Assembly: GCA_965242865.1 (NCBI GenBank)
Contig: CBDETK010000013.1
Location: 4,320,001-4,384,000, forward strand
From: Candidatus Latescibacterota bacterium
GTDB lineage: Bacteria; Latescibacterota; UBA2968; UBA8231
Length of the DNA stretch: 64,000 nt
Reading direction: 5' to 3'
The notes below the pieces were generated by a model. The model saw only the letters and a list, made by a program, of their open reading frames with translations, searched no databases and was not told the DNA's origin. A program made the position numbers and the translations under genes. Of the stretch, positions 1-9,466 are shown in pieces. Numbering within the stretch: the first letter of the stretch is position 1; each line of letters opens with the position of its first letter.

Positions 1-1709
1 CCGCGGCTTGGCTCTACAGTGCTTGGGGGTTGGGGACCGTCGTCGTGGGGGTCGCCGCGGAGTTTGACTCCTATTTCCCGTCGGTTGCCACGATCGTCTC
101 CTTTATGCTGATGGGCCGCTATCTCGAAGCGCGGTCGCGGTTGCGGGCCGAGGAGGCGATAGGTGCTCTGCTGCAACTCAAACCCGACACGGCGATGCTC
201 GTCACCGGCGATGGAACGCGAGAAATTGCAGCCGACGCCATTGCGGTGGGCGACTGCCTGCGCGTGCGCCCGGGCGAGCGCGTCCCCGCCGATGGCGAAG
301 TCGTCGAAGGAAGTTCTACGGTGGATGAGTCCCTGCTGACCGGCGAGTCGCTGCCGGTGGCCAAGGCCCCGGGCGATGCCGTCACCGGCGGCAGCCTCAA
401 CGGCGCGGGTGCGCTCGTGGTGCGGGCAACGCGCCGGGCCGAGGACGCGCTGCTAATGCAAATGGTGCGCTTAGTCGAAGCCGCACAGGCCGGCAAGGCA
501 CCGATTGCCCGCCTAGCCGATGTGGTAGCCGGGTATTTTGTACCGGCCGTACTGGCCCTAGGCCTAGTGGCGGCCGGGGGTTGGCTGTGGGCCGGGGAGA
601 GCGTGAGCTTTGCGTTGCAGGTTTTCGTGGCCGTGTTGATCATCGCCTGCCCGTGTAGCTTGGGCTTGGCCACGCCGGCCGCCATTATGGTCGGCACGGG
701 CCGGGGCGCGCATTTGGGCATCTTGTTCAAAAGCCCGGAAGTGCTGGAAACAGCGCACAAAACAGATGCCGTGGTGCTGGACAAAACCGGCACCGTCACC
801 GAGGGGCGGCCGCAGGTGGTGGGAGTAGAGCCGCTAAACGGAGGCCGCGCCGACGAGGTGCTGCGCTTGGCCGCGGCCGTGGAGCGCGGCTCCGAGCATC
901 CGCTGGCCGCGGCGATTGTGACTGCCGCCGCCGAGCGGGGCTTGGCCGTGCCAAAGGCGAGCGAAGTGGTGGCGAGCCCGGGCCAAGGGGCGCGGGCCGA
1001 GGTGGAAGGCGCGGCCGTGGCGGTGGGCAATCGCGCCATGATGGCAACGGAGGGTATTCGCCTAGACGAAGACAGCGATCCGGCGGCCACGGCCACGGTC
1101 GCGTGGGTCGCAGCCGCTGGATCGCTGGTCGGCCGGGTGTCTTTGGCCGACCGTCCCCGCCCGCAGAGCAAGGACGACGTGGCTCGATTGCGCCGAGGCG
1201 GCTTGGAGGTGGTAATGCTCACGGGCGACAGTCGTCCGGCCGCGGAGGCCGTGGCGCGTCAAGTGGGGATTGGAACCGTACATGCCGAGGTCTTGCCCGC
1301 AGACAAGGCGGCGGTTGTGCGGGCCTTGCAGGCCGAGGGCCGTTGCGTAGCCATGGTCGGCGATGGGATCAACGACGCGCCGGCACTGGCCGCGGCCGAT
1401 GTGGGCATGGCCTTTGCCACGGGGACGGATGTGGCGGCCGCGTCGGCGCCCGTGGTGCTCATGCACAGTCGGTTGGCGGATGTGGCGCGTGCGCTTGAAC
1501 TGAGCCGAGCGGTTGTGCGGACCATAAAGCAGAATTTGTTCTGGGCATTTTTTTACAACGCCGCGGGCATTCCAGTGGCCGCGGGCGCGCTGTACCTATT
1601 CGGCGGCCCGTTGCTCAATCCGATGCTGGCGAGCTTGGCGATGGCCTTTTCGTCGGTGTCCGTGGTGATGAACGCGCTCCGGTTGCGGCGCTTTGCTCAA
1701 AGCCGCTGA
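1..1709 (+). CDS. copA: Heavy-metal (Cu+) translocating P1B-type ATPase, 5'-truncated by window edge
   Basis: [26 protein letters not shown] and MAFSS motifs; frame is open back to the window start (AAWLYSAW). Confidence 0.9.
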   Translation, partial: AAWLYSAWGLGTVVVGVAAEFDSYFPSVATIVSFMLMGRYLEARSRLRAEEAIGALLQLKPDTAMLVTGDGTREIAADAIAVGDCLRVRPGERVPADGEVVEGSSTVDESLLTGESLPVAKAPGDAVTGGSLNGAGALVVRATRRAEDALLMQMVRLVEAAQAGKAPIARLADVVAGYFVPAVLALGLVAAGGWLWAGESVSFALQVFVAVLIIACPCSLGLATPAAIMVGTGRGAHLGILFKSPEVLETAHKTDAVVLDKTGTVTEGRPQVVGVEPLNGGRADEVLRLAAAVERGSEHPLAAAIVTAAAERGLAVPKASEVVASPGQGARAEVEGAAVAVGNRAMMATEGIRLDEDSDPAATATVAWVAAAGSLVGRVSLADRPRPQSKDDVARLRRGGLEVVMLTGDSRPAAEAVARQVGIGTVHAEVLPADKAAVVRALQAEGRCVAMVGDGINDAPALAAADVGMAFATGTDVAAASAPVVLMHSRLADVARALELSRAVVRTIKQNLFWAFFYNAAGIPVAAGALYLFGGPLLNPMLASLAMAFSSVSVVMNALRLRRFAQSR

Positions 1710-1734
1710 TCCGGGGTTCGGTTAGGAGGCTGCT

Positions 1735-2967
1735 ATGGCTACAATCATGATGGTTGGGGCGTTTGACACCAAGGGCGCGGAGTACGCCTTCTTGCGCGCG
1801 CAGATTTTGGCCCGGGGCCACGAAGTGCTGGCCGTGAACACGGGCGTTGTGGGCGGGTGCGACGCCTTTGCGGTGGATGTGGAGGCCAGCGCGGTGGCCG
1901 CGGCGGGTGGCGCGTCGCTGGAGTCGTTGCGCGCGGCCGGCGACCGCGGGGCCGCCATGAAGGCCATGGGGGCGGGCGCGGCCAAGGTGGCGGCGCAAGG
2001 GTACGCCGCGGGCCGGTTTGACGGCATTGTCGGCATGGGCGGGTCTGGCGGTAGCAGCGTGGTGACCGCGGCCATGCGCGCCCTGCCGGTGGGAGTGCCC
2101 AAGGTATGCGTTTCGACCGTGGCGGCCGGCGACACGGCCGCATACGTGGGCAGCAAGGACGTCGTGCTCATTCCGTCGATTGTGGATGTGGCCGGGGTCA
2201 ACCGGATTTCGCGGGTAATTTTCACGCGGGCTGCGGGCGCGATCTGCGGCATGGTCGAAGCCGAGCCCGCCCCGGCTGACGACGACAAGCCGATCGTCGC
2301 GGCCTCGATGTTTGGCAACACCACCGAATGCGTGAACGCCTGCAGCGAAGCCCTGTCGGCGAGCGGGTACGAGGTTTTGGTTTTTCACGCCACGGGCACC
2401 GGCGGCCGCACCATGGAGTCGCTCATCGACGAGGGCTTAGTGGATGCGGTGCTGGACATCACCACCACGGAGTGGGCCGACGAAGTGTGCGGCGGTGTCT
2501 TCAGCGCGGGGCCAGACCGCTTGAGCGCGGCGGGCCGGGCGGGTTTGCCCCAGTTGGTGGTCCCCGGCTGCGTGGATATGGCCAATTTTGGCGGCATGGA
2601 CACCGTGCCGCCCCAGTACAAGGACGGCACGCGGCTCTTTTACGAGTGGAATCCAGCCGTGACCTTGATGCGCACCAATGCCGAAGAGAACGCGCTTATG
2701 GGCCGGATATTTGCCGAAAAGCTCAACGCGGCCCAAGGCCCGGTCGCCGTGCTCATTCCGCTCAGGGGCGTGTCGATCCTCGATGGCGACGGCGAGCTGT
2801 TTTGCGACCGCCAAGCCAACCGCGCCTTTGGCGACGCCCTCAAAGCCAATTTGGACGCGGGCATCCTCGTCCGCGAAGTCGATTACAACATCAACGATCC
2901 AGCGTTTGCAGCCGCAGCGACCGCGCTGCTGCTAACGCTGATTGCCGAGAAAGCAGGAGCGTTATGA
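1735..2967 (+). CDS. Tm-1-like ATP-binding protein (UPF0261)
   Basis: GAFDTKGAE N-terminus, GGSGGSS, SIVDVAGVN, FHATGTGG, DITTTE, GCVDMANF, TLMRT; GGAGG RBS. Confidence 0.9.
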   Translation: MATIMMVGAFDTKGAEYAFLRAQILARGHEVLAVNTGVVGGCDAFAVDVEASAVAAAGGASLESLRAAGDRGAAMKAMGAGAAKVAAQGYAAGRFDGIVGMGGSGGSSVVTAAMRALPVGVPKVCVSTVAAGDTAAYVGSKDVVLIPSIVDVAGVNRISRVIFTRAAGAICGMVEAEPAPADDDKPIVAASMFGNTTECVNACSEALSASGYEVLVFHATGTGGRTMESLIDEGLVDAVLDITTTEWADEVCGGVFSAGPDRLSAAGRAGLPQLVVPGCVDMANFGGMDTVPPQYKDGTRLFYEWNPAVTLMRTNAEENALMGRIFAEKLNAAQGPVAVLIPLRGVSILDGDGELFCDRQANRAFGDALKANLDAGILVREVDYNINDPAFAAAATALLLTLIAEKAGAL

Positions 2968-3377
2968 GCGAGAAAAAGACCTTTGTGCAATGCGCCGACG
3001 TGGAGACCCAAGTCTTTGACTGGGGCCGCTTAAACTGGCTTTCCGAGCCGCTGGTGACGGCGGCCGAGCACTTTAGCTGCGGCGTGGTGGAGCTGGCCCC
3101 GGGCCAGGGGCACGTGCGTCACAACCATCCGTATAGCGAGGAGATCCTCTACGTGATAGAAGGCACTGGAATTCAGACGGTGGAACTGGAGTCCGGGACG
3201 CTCGAAAAAGAGATTGGCCCGGGCGAGCTGGTACACATTCCAACGGCCGCGTATCACTCGACCGTGAATAGCGGCGAGGAGACGATGAAGCTGATCGCGG
3301 TATATGCGCCGTTTGGACCGGAGGCCGAGTTGCGGAAGATGGATGGGGTGCAGATAGAAAAGGCGCGCAACGGATAG
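2964..3377 (+). CDS. Cupin domain protein
   Basis: [13 protein letters not shown] and G.LVHIP...YH cupin motifs; ATG at 2964 overlaps the upstream stop (ATGA); real CDS is the tail of ORF 2328..3377. Confidence 0.88.
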   Translation: MSEKKTFVQCADVETQVFDWGRLNWLSEPLVTAAEHFSCGVVELAPGQGHVRHNHPYSEEILYVIEGTGIQTVELESGTLEKEIGPGELVHIPTAAYHSTVNSGEETMKLIAVYAPFGPEAELRKMDGVQIEKARNG

Positions 3378-3382
3378 CGGTC

Positions 3383-4210
3383 ATGGCGTTTACAAGAGAA
3401 GAAGTGCTCACGCGGTTGCGGCGGAACATGGCGGCTGGGATTCCCATTATCGGCGCGGGCGCTGGGACCGGGATCAGCGCGAAGTTCGAGGAAGCCGGCG
3501 GCGTTGACTTGATCGTCATTTACAATTCCGGGCGATTTCGCATGGCGGGCCGGGGGTCGCTGGCGGGGACCATGCCTTATGGGGACGCCAACGCGATTGT
3601 GATGGACATGGCCGGGGAGGTGTTGACGGTGGTGGAGGATACGCCGGTGCTGGCTGGCGTGTGCGGGACGGATCCGTTCCGGCAGATGGAGGTTTTCCTG
3701 CGCGAGGTTGCGGCCATTGGGTTTTCCGGGGTGCAGAACTTTCCGACTGTGGGGCTGATTGACGGGTTGTATCGGCAAAACTTGGAGGAGACCGGAATGG
3801 GGTATGGAATGGAGGTGGAGATGATCCGCACCGCGCACGAGTTGGGGTTGTTGACGACGCCTTACGCCTTTAATCCGGCCGAGGGCGAGCAAATGGCAGC
3901 GGCCGGGGCCGACATTGTGGTGGCGCATACCGGGCTTACGACCAAGGGCGCGATTGGCGCGACGACCGCCCTGACGTTGGAGGAATCGGTGGGAGTTGTG
4001 CAGGCGATATGCGATGCGGCGCGCGGCGCGGCCGAGGAAGTGATTGTGCTGTGCCACGGGGGGCCGATTTCAGAGCCGGCCGACGCCGAGTACGTGTTGC
4101 AAAACACCACGGGGGTCAATGGCTTCTACGGCGCGTCGAGCATGGAGCGCTTGCCGGTGGAGGTGGCCATTACCGAGCACGTGAAGCAGTACAAGGCCAT
4201 CCGCTTTTAA
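3383..4210 (+). CDS. PEP-hydrolase-like / TIM-barrel signal transduction (TBST) family protein
   Basis: [55 protein letters not shown]. Confidence 0.9.
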   Translation: MAFTREEVLTRLRRNMAAGIPIIGAGAGTGISAKFEEAGGVDLIVIYNSGRFRMAGRGSLAGTMPYGDANAIVMDMAGEVLTVVEDTPVLAGVCGTDPFRQMEVFLREVAAIGFSGVQNFPTVGLIDGLYRQNLEETGMGYGMEVEMIRTAHELGLLTTPYAFNPAEGEQMAAAGADIVVAHTGLTTKGAIGATTALTLEESVGVVQAICDAARGAAEEVIVLCHGGPISEPADAEYVLQNTTGVNGFYGASSMERLPVEVAITEHVKQYKAIRF

Positions 4211-4223
4211 GCCGGCCCTGTCG

Positions 4224-4754
4224 ATGCGCCCCTTGCGCAAAGTTGAAGTGAAGCGGCTCTTTGCCGACGCAGCGCAACGCTATCCGCCCAAGGCGGAGCT
4301 GGCCTTTCTGTTGCAGAGCGTTGAAGACCCGCTCAATGTCGGCTCGATGTTTCGCATTGCCGATGCGTGTGGAGCGCGGGAGCTGGTTTTTACGGGGGTG
4401 ACGCCGGCGCCGCCGCACGTGGATATTGAGCGCACGGCTCGGGGCCACGAGCGGCGCGTGGCTTGGCGGCGGATCGGGCGCATGGACGAGGCGGCGCATG
4501 CACTGCGGGACGAAGGGTATCACTTGGTGGCGTTGGAAGTGGTGCAGGGGGCGGTGTGCTATTTGGAATACGATTTCCCGGACAAAGTGTGTTTGGTGCT
4601 CGGCAACGAGACCAAGGGCGTCTATCGACAGACCTTGGCGTTGTGCCATGGGGCGGTCTATATCCCCATGTACGGCAAGGGGCCGTCGATGAATGTTCAC
4701 GTGGCCGGAGCGTTGGTGGCGTATCAGGCGTTGATCGCGGATGAACGTGGATGA
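4224..4754 (+). CDS. TrmH/SpoU family RNA methyltransferase
   Basis: NVGSMFR, LVLGNETKGV, IPMYG..SMNV SPOUT motifs. Confidence 0.88.
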   Translation: MRPLRKVEVKRLFADAAQRYPPKAELAFLLQSVEDPLNVGSMFRIADACGARELVFTGVTPAPPHVDIERTARGHERRVAWRRIGRMDEAAHALRDEGYHLVALEVVQGAVCYLEYDFPDKVCLVLGNETKGVYRQTLALCHGAVYIPMYGKGPSMNVHVAGALVAYQALIADERG

Positions 4755-4842
4755 TGCGGATGGACGCGGAATAGTATGTACGAGACGATTTACCTCTATG
4801 AAGTGCCAAAGCGAATTGATCAGCGAGGCTATTGACCAAACC

Positions 4843-6114
4843 ATGATCGACACAACCCAACTCATCTCGTCCATCCAAGCGGGTGAAGATACTAAGCTCG
4901 AACTCAAGGAGGTCGTATTTCGGGGAGAACGGATTGGGTTTGCCCGAGAAGAGGGACGCACCGCGTCGAAACTCGCCGAGGTCTTCGTCAGCATGGCCAA
5001 TGCGGAAGGAGGCTCGGTCGTAATGGGCGTCCGGGACTCGGACCGCATCCCGGTTGGCATCCCCCCCGAAAAGCGCGATCTCTTGGAGCAATTTGTCGTC
5101 AATGTGGCGGCCCATAACTGCAATCCAATGATCATCCCGGGGTTGGATTGGGAATACCTGCCCGGAGAAGACGGACATCCCGCCCTGTGCTTAATCGTTG
5201 AAATCCCCCCGTCCAAGCTCGACGTACACCAGACGAGCGATGGGCGTTTCCTCCAGCGCGTCGGCAGCCACCGCCAGTTGATCCCGGCCGAACGACTGGC
5301 CCGCATGTTGACGGAGCGTCGCTTGGCTAGCCCGTTTGAGGAGCGCCCCATGGTCGGTAGCAGCCTTGACGACTTGGACACAACCCGCCTTGAACAGTAC
5401 TTCAGCCGACGCTTCCCCGATTGGTCCACGCCAGCAGACTGGGCTTCCACGCTGGCGGCGCACAAACTTGCTGCGATCTCAAAGACGGGGGCCACGCCGA
5501 CGCACTTGGGCATCCTGCTCTTTGCCAAGCAGCCCGAGCAGTACATTTCCGGCGCGTACATCGATCTGGCCGTGTACCACCACGACATTCCCGATGGCAA
5601 CACCGTGGATAGCCGGCAAATCACCGGGCCGTTACCCGAGCAAATCGCCAAGGTCGTGTCGTACTTTCAAGCCTCTCCTTTGACGCCCATCGCTTCGCGG
5701 AAAAGCGGCGATGGGCGACGGGATTATCCCAGCTACCGATACACTGCACTCCAAGAAGCCGTTGTAAACGCCGTCATTCATCGGGATTATGGAGTGGCCG
5801 GATCGCAGATCATCATTCGCATGTTCCTCGACCGCATTGAGTTTCAAAATCCCGGGGCGCTCTACAACACCTTGACCATTGAAAACTTGTACGCTGGGTG
5901 TCAGCCGGCTCGCCGGAATCAGTTTCTCACCGGCTTCATGCGCTACTACGAAAGCCCGGTCACAGGCTCTAGTTTTTTGGAAGCGCGAGGCGAGGGGTTT
6001 TTGAATTTGGTCCGCGACAGCTTGCGTTTGTCGGGGCGGCGACCGGAACTAGAACAGATCGGGGCGGCGACGAAGTTGACGATCTACGCGGCGCAATACC
6101 CGGAGCTGGCGTAG
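4843..6114 (+). CDS. Schlafen/AlbA_2 domain plus RecG-C-like (HATPase_c_4) protein
   Basis: GEDTKLELKE, SMANAEGGSVVMGV, EAVVNAVIHRDY, DRIEFQNPG, RGEG; start at 4843 chosen by domain boundary. Confidence 0.8.
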   Translation: MIDTTQLISSIQAGEDTKLELKEVVFRGERIGFAREEGRTASKLAEVFVSMANAEGGSVVMGVRDSDRIPVGIPPEKRDLLEQFVVNVAAHNCNPMIIPGLDWEYLPGEDGHPALCLIVEIPPSKLDVHQTSDGRFLQRVGSHRQLIPAERLARMLTERRLASPFEERPMVGSSLDDLDTTRLEQYFSRRFPDWSTPADWASTLAAHKLAAISKTGATPTHLGILLFAKQPEQYISGAYIDLAVYHHDIPDGNTVDSRQITGPLPEQIAKVVSYFQASPLTPIASRKSGDGRRDYPSYRYTALQEAVVNAVIHRDYGVAGSQIIIRMFLDRIEFQNPGALYNTLTIENLYAGCQPARRNQFLTGFMRYYESPVTGSSFLEARGEGFLNLVRDSLRLSGRRPELEQIGAATKLTIYAAQYPELA

Positions 6115-6174
6115 GGGATGGCCTAATGCTCCGGCAATGTCGGAAACGACTTAGAGAGCTATTGTAGTGCGAGT

Positions 6175-7713
6175 TCACCGGATGCGCTCTTTTTGCTTGC
6201 GTGCGAAAAGGCGGATCTGCTGTTGAGCCGCAAGTGAATCTCCCGCTTCTCGGTAGGCTACGGCCAAACCATAATGGGCACCGACATAGGTGGAATCGGC
6301 CCGTAAAACCGCCTTAAAATCGTCGATGGCCTCCCGGGCATGGCCCTCGCGCAGTTTGGCATTACCGAGGCCGTTTATCGCGTCGATGTAGTTGTCCTTT
6401 ATCGCCAGCGCGCGTTCATAGGCAGCGTGCGCCTGCACTGGATAGTCTTTCATCAAATAGGCGTTGCCGAGATTAAACCACGCCAGCGCATAGTCCTCGT
6501 CTAAAGTCAGGGCTTGGCGATAGGCTGTGATGGCATCGTCAACCCGTTGCAGCCGCATATAGGCCGTGCCCAAATTCTGCCAAGCCTGTATCTGGGCGGG
6601 GTTGATCTTGAGCGAGGCTTTGTACTCTTGAGTTGCCATTTCTGCAAAACCGAGCTTTGCGTAGATCGCGCCCAAGTTATAGCGGGCTACGGCATCGTCG
6701 GCGTGGCCTTTGAGGCGCAAACGCTGATCGCGAATGGTATCGGAATGCGGATGAAGGTGCTTGAACAGCTCGATCTGCCGCTGCCCTTCCTCGGCCTTTC
6801 CCAGCTTTACATACACTTTGGATAGGGTCAAGTGCGCTTCTGGATAGGCCGGGTCGAGAGCGATGCTTTGCTCTAGTACCGCGGCGGCTTCGGCCTCCTT
6901 GCCTTGGCGGGCGAGCACCATCCCTAGCCCATTTAGTGCCTCTACGTACGCGGAATCGCGCTCAATGGTCGTGCGAAAGGCGGCCTCCGCTTCTGCGAGG
7001 CGATTCAGCCGCAGGTAGATGTGCCCTAACGCCGTGCGGTAGCGGGGACGCTTAGGCTCTATTTTGACGGCTTTGCGCGCCATGTCCACGGCTCGTTTGC
7101 ATTGCCCCATCTTGGCACAGTACATCTCGCCCAGACTGTAGTACACCAACGCGTACTCCGGGTCTATTTCCAGTGCTCGCTGCATCTGCTGGGCGGCGGT
7201 CTCGTAGTCGTGATCGCGGGCATGTGCCACGCCTAGATTGTAGTGGTCTGGAGCGTGATTGGGGGCCAATTGCAACGCCTTGGCAAACGTCGCCCGCGCC
7301 TTGGCATCGTCGTCCGTGCGCAAATAGAGTTGGCCGAGCTGGCGATAGGCCGCTGCGCGGTCGGGCGCGAGCGCAATGGCCTTGCGATATACGGCCAACG
7401 CCCGTTTCAATTCGCCCTGCCGGGTCAGGACTTCTCCGGCCCCTAGCAATGCTTCTACGTGCAACGAGTCGATGCGGAAGGTCTCGCTGAAATGCTTCAA
7501 CGCTTCCCCATACACGGCGTGTTTTAAGTAGAACGTCCCTAGTTCGTAGTGTGCTACTGCGTCGCTGGAATCGGCGCGAATGCGATCCAAATAGCTCCGT
7601 TCTACCGTGCGCGGGTCTTCCTCTACCTCTATCACCGGAGCCTCTTCTAACGCGCCATCGCAGCCAAAAGCCGTTATCCACGCCAGCCACAGCACCCCGT
7701 TAAATTTTTTCAC
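6175..7713 (-). CDS. Tetratricopeptide repeat lipoprotein
   Basis: Signal with AFGC lipobox-like site; many TPR units (A.YNLG, A..NLG.AY); start overlaps the CRTAC1 gene end. Confidence 0.88.
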   Translation of the reverse strand: MKKFNGVLWLAWITAFGCDGALEEAPVIEVEEDPRTVERSYLDRIRADSSDAVAHYELGTFYLKHAVYGEALKHFSETFRIDSLHVEALLGAGEVLTRQGELKRALAVYRKAIALAPDRAAAYRQLGQLYLRTDDDAKARATFAKALQLAPNHAPDHYNLGVAHARDHDYETAAQQMQRALEIDPEYALVYYSLGEMYCAKMGQCKRAVDMARKAVKIEPKRPRYRTALGHIYLRLNRLAEAEAAFRTTIERDSAYVEALNGLGMVLARQGKEAEAAAVLEQSIALDPAYPEAHLTLSKVYVKLGKAEEGQRQIELFKHLHPHSDTIRDQRLRLKGHADDAVARYNLGAIYAKLGFAEMATQEYKASLKINPAQIQAWQNLGTAYMRLQRVDDAITAYRQALTLDEDYALAWFNLGNAYLMKDYPVQAHAAYERALAIKDNYIDAINGLGNAKLREGHAREAIDDFKAVLRADSTYVGAHYGLAVAYREAGDSLAAQQQIRLFARKQKERIR

Positions 7714-9418
7714 GTTTGCCTTGCGCTTTTGCGGATTTCTGGCCCGCGGGCTCGCGGATGGTGAGGAATTGATCGACGGCCACGTCCTCCAACACCTGCG
7801 TCATTCCACTCGGCCAGCTAATCTCCACCCGGTCCACCCGCCTGTGCTGCCCTAAGCCAAAGTGTACCCGTAGCGCGTTCTGCGACAGATACGAACTGCC
7901 CGAACGCACTTCTTCGACTTGGCGCAGGTCGCTGGCGACCACCCGGATGCGTGCGCCAATGCCGTCGCGATTGCTGCGGGTGCCCACGGCGCGCACGGAC
8001 AGCCAGTGCTGGCGGTTTCCGCCGTCGTTGCGCAGTAGCAGGCCGCGCTGGTTGTTGTTGGCCACGAACAGGTCGAGGTCGCCATCGTTGTCGTAGTCGG
8101 CGGTGGTTGACCCGCGCCCGACCGCGGCGGTGGCTAGTCCCGGCGAGTCCGCGCTGACGTCGGTGAACGTGCCGTCATGGTCGTTGTGGAACAGCTGATC
8201 CCGTTGCGCGTAGGAAGGCCCGGCGCGGTCGATGATTTCTATATTCGGTTCGACGTGTCCGTTGGCTAGGAACAGGTCGAGGTATCCGTCGTTGTCGTAG
8301 TCGAAAAAGTCCGTGCCAAAGGTCAGGGTCGAGAAGGTCGATTCGGCTAGTTTGGACTCGTGGATCTGGTCCTTAAACACACCGCTCCGCTCGTTTTTTA
8401 ACAAGCGACAGTGCTCCCACTGGAAGTTGCAGACGACGATGTCGAGGTGGTCGTCGCGGTCGTAGTCGCCAAAGTCTGTGCCCATGCCGGCCTCGGGTTT
8501 GCCGTCCGGGCTGAAGGCGACGCCGGCCTTCAGCCCAATATTGGAAAACCGCGTCCCTCCCTCGTTGCGAAAGAGGAAGTTCGGGGTCATGTCGTTGGCG
8601 ACGAATAGATCGGCATCGCCGTCTTCGTCGTAATCGCCAAATACCACGCCGAGCTGCCGGCCGCGGTCGTTGTAAACGCCCATTTCTTCGGTTGCGTCGG
8701 CAAACGTTCCATTGCCCTCATTGCGGTACATAATCCCCGACGCGCCCTCGTACTGGCCGGGTCCGCAATAGACTCGGATGGAACCGTGCCTGCACTCTTG
8801 GTGGTTTTCGAGGGTAAAATCGGTATTGTTGGCCGCGTATAGGTCGAGGTCGCCGTCGTTGTCGATGTCGGCAAAGGCCGCGCTCATGCTCAAGCGCTCG
8901 TCGCCGACGCCAGCGGTCGCTGTTGCATCGACAAACGAACCGTCGCTGCCATTGCGATACAACACATTGGGGCCGAAGTTCGTGACGTAGAGATCTACAT
9001 GCCCGTCGTTGTCGTAATCTCCCGCGCATACGCCCATGCCATACCCTTCATCGCCGACCCCGGCGTCCACTTCCTCGAATTTCCCATGGCCTGTGTTTCG
9101 ATACAGGACGTTTTTCGGAACGCGCCGCTCCAAAAAACCCGGCAATACGGCCCCATTGACCAAGTATAGGTCTTCGTCGCCGTCGCGGTCGTAGTCGATA
9201 AAAGCCGCTCCCGAACCATAAGCCTCCACGTAGTAGAAACGACCGCTGCCGCCGTTTACATGGGTAAAATGGATGCCGGCCGCGGTCGTGGCATCGACGA
9301 ATTTTGGTTTGGACGCCGTGGCTGCTGGCACTGGAGCGGGCGTTTCACTCGCGCACCCCGCGATCAGTGCCATACTCCAGCTAAAGAAAACCGCAACAAT
9401 GAGCATAGGGAATTTCAT
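7700..9418 (-). CDS. CRTAC1 family FG-GAP/VCBS repeat protein with ASPIC/UnbV domain, lipoprotein
   Basis: Repeated DYDNDGxxDL motifs; NRDGIGARI, SSYLSQN, VHFGLG, WPSG ASPIC signature; IAGC lipobox. Confidence 0.9.
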   Translation of the reverse strand: MKFPMLIVAVFFSWSMALIAGCASETPAPVPAATASKPKFVDATTAAGIHFTHVNGGSGRFYYVEAYGSGAAFIDYDRDGDEDLYLVNGAVLPGFLERRVPKNVLYRNTGHGKFEEVDAGVGDEGYGMGVCAGDYDNDGHVDLYVTNFGPNVLYRNGSDGSFVDATATAGVGDERLSMSAAFADIDNDGDLDLYAANNTDFTLENHQECRHGSIRVYCGPGQYEGASGIMYRNEGNGTFADATEEMGVYNDRGRQLGVVFGDYDEDGDADLFVANDMTPNFLFRNEGGTRFSNIGLKAGVAFSPDGKPEAGMGTDFGDYDRDDHLDIVVCNFQWEHCRLLKNERSGVFKDQIHESKLAESTFSTLTFGTDFFDYDNDGYLDLFLANGHVEPNIEIIDRAGPSYAQRDQLFHNDHDGTFTDVSADSPGLATAAVGRGSTTADYDNDGDLDLFVANNNQRGLLLRNDGGNRQHWLSVRAVGTRSNRDGIGARIRVVASDLRQVEEVRSGSSYLSQNALRVHFGLGQHRRVDRVEISWPSGMTQVLEDVAVDQFLTIREPAGQKSAKAQGKREKI

Positions 9419-9466
9419 TGATCGACGCCGACATCAGACCGCACGAGGGCCGTTGCCCTGTGGGTG

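Noticed and set aside
4736-4770. Short GCGGATG-type degenerate tandem repeat
   Set aside because: Too short and degenerate to call a feature; mentioned only as context
4170-5651. Long antisense ORFs (also 119-1222, 24053-25162, 47896-48765, 49641-50846)
   Set aside because: High-GC shadows opposite genes with clear family motifs; no motifs of their own
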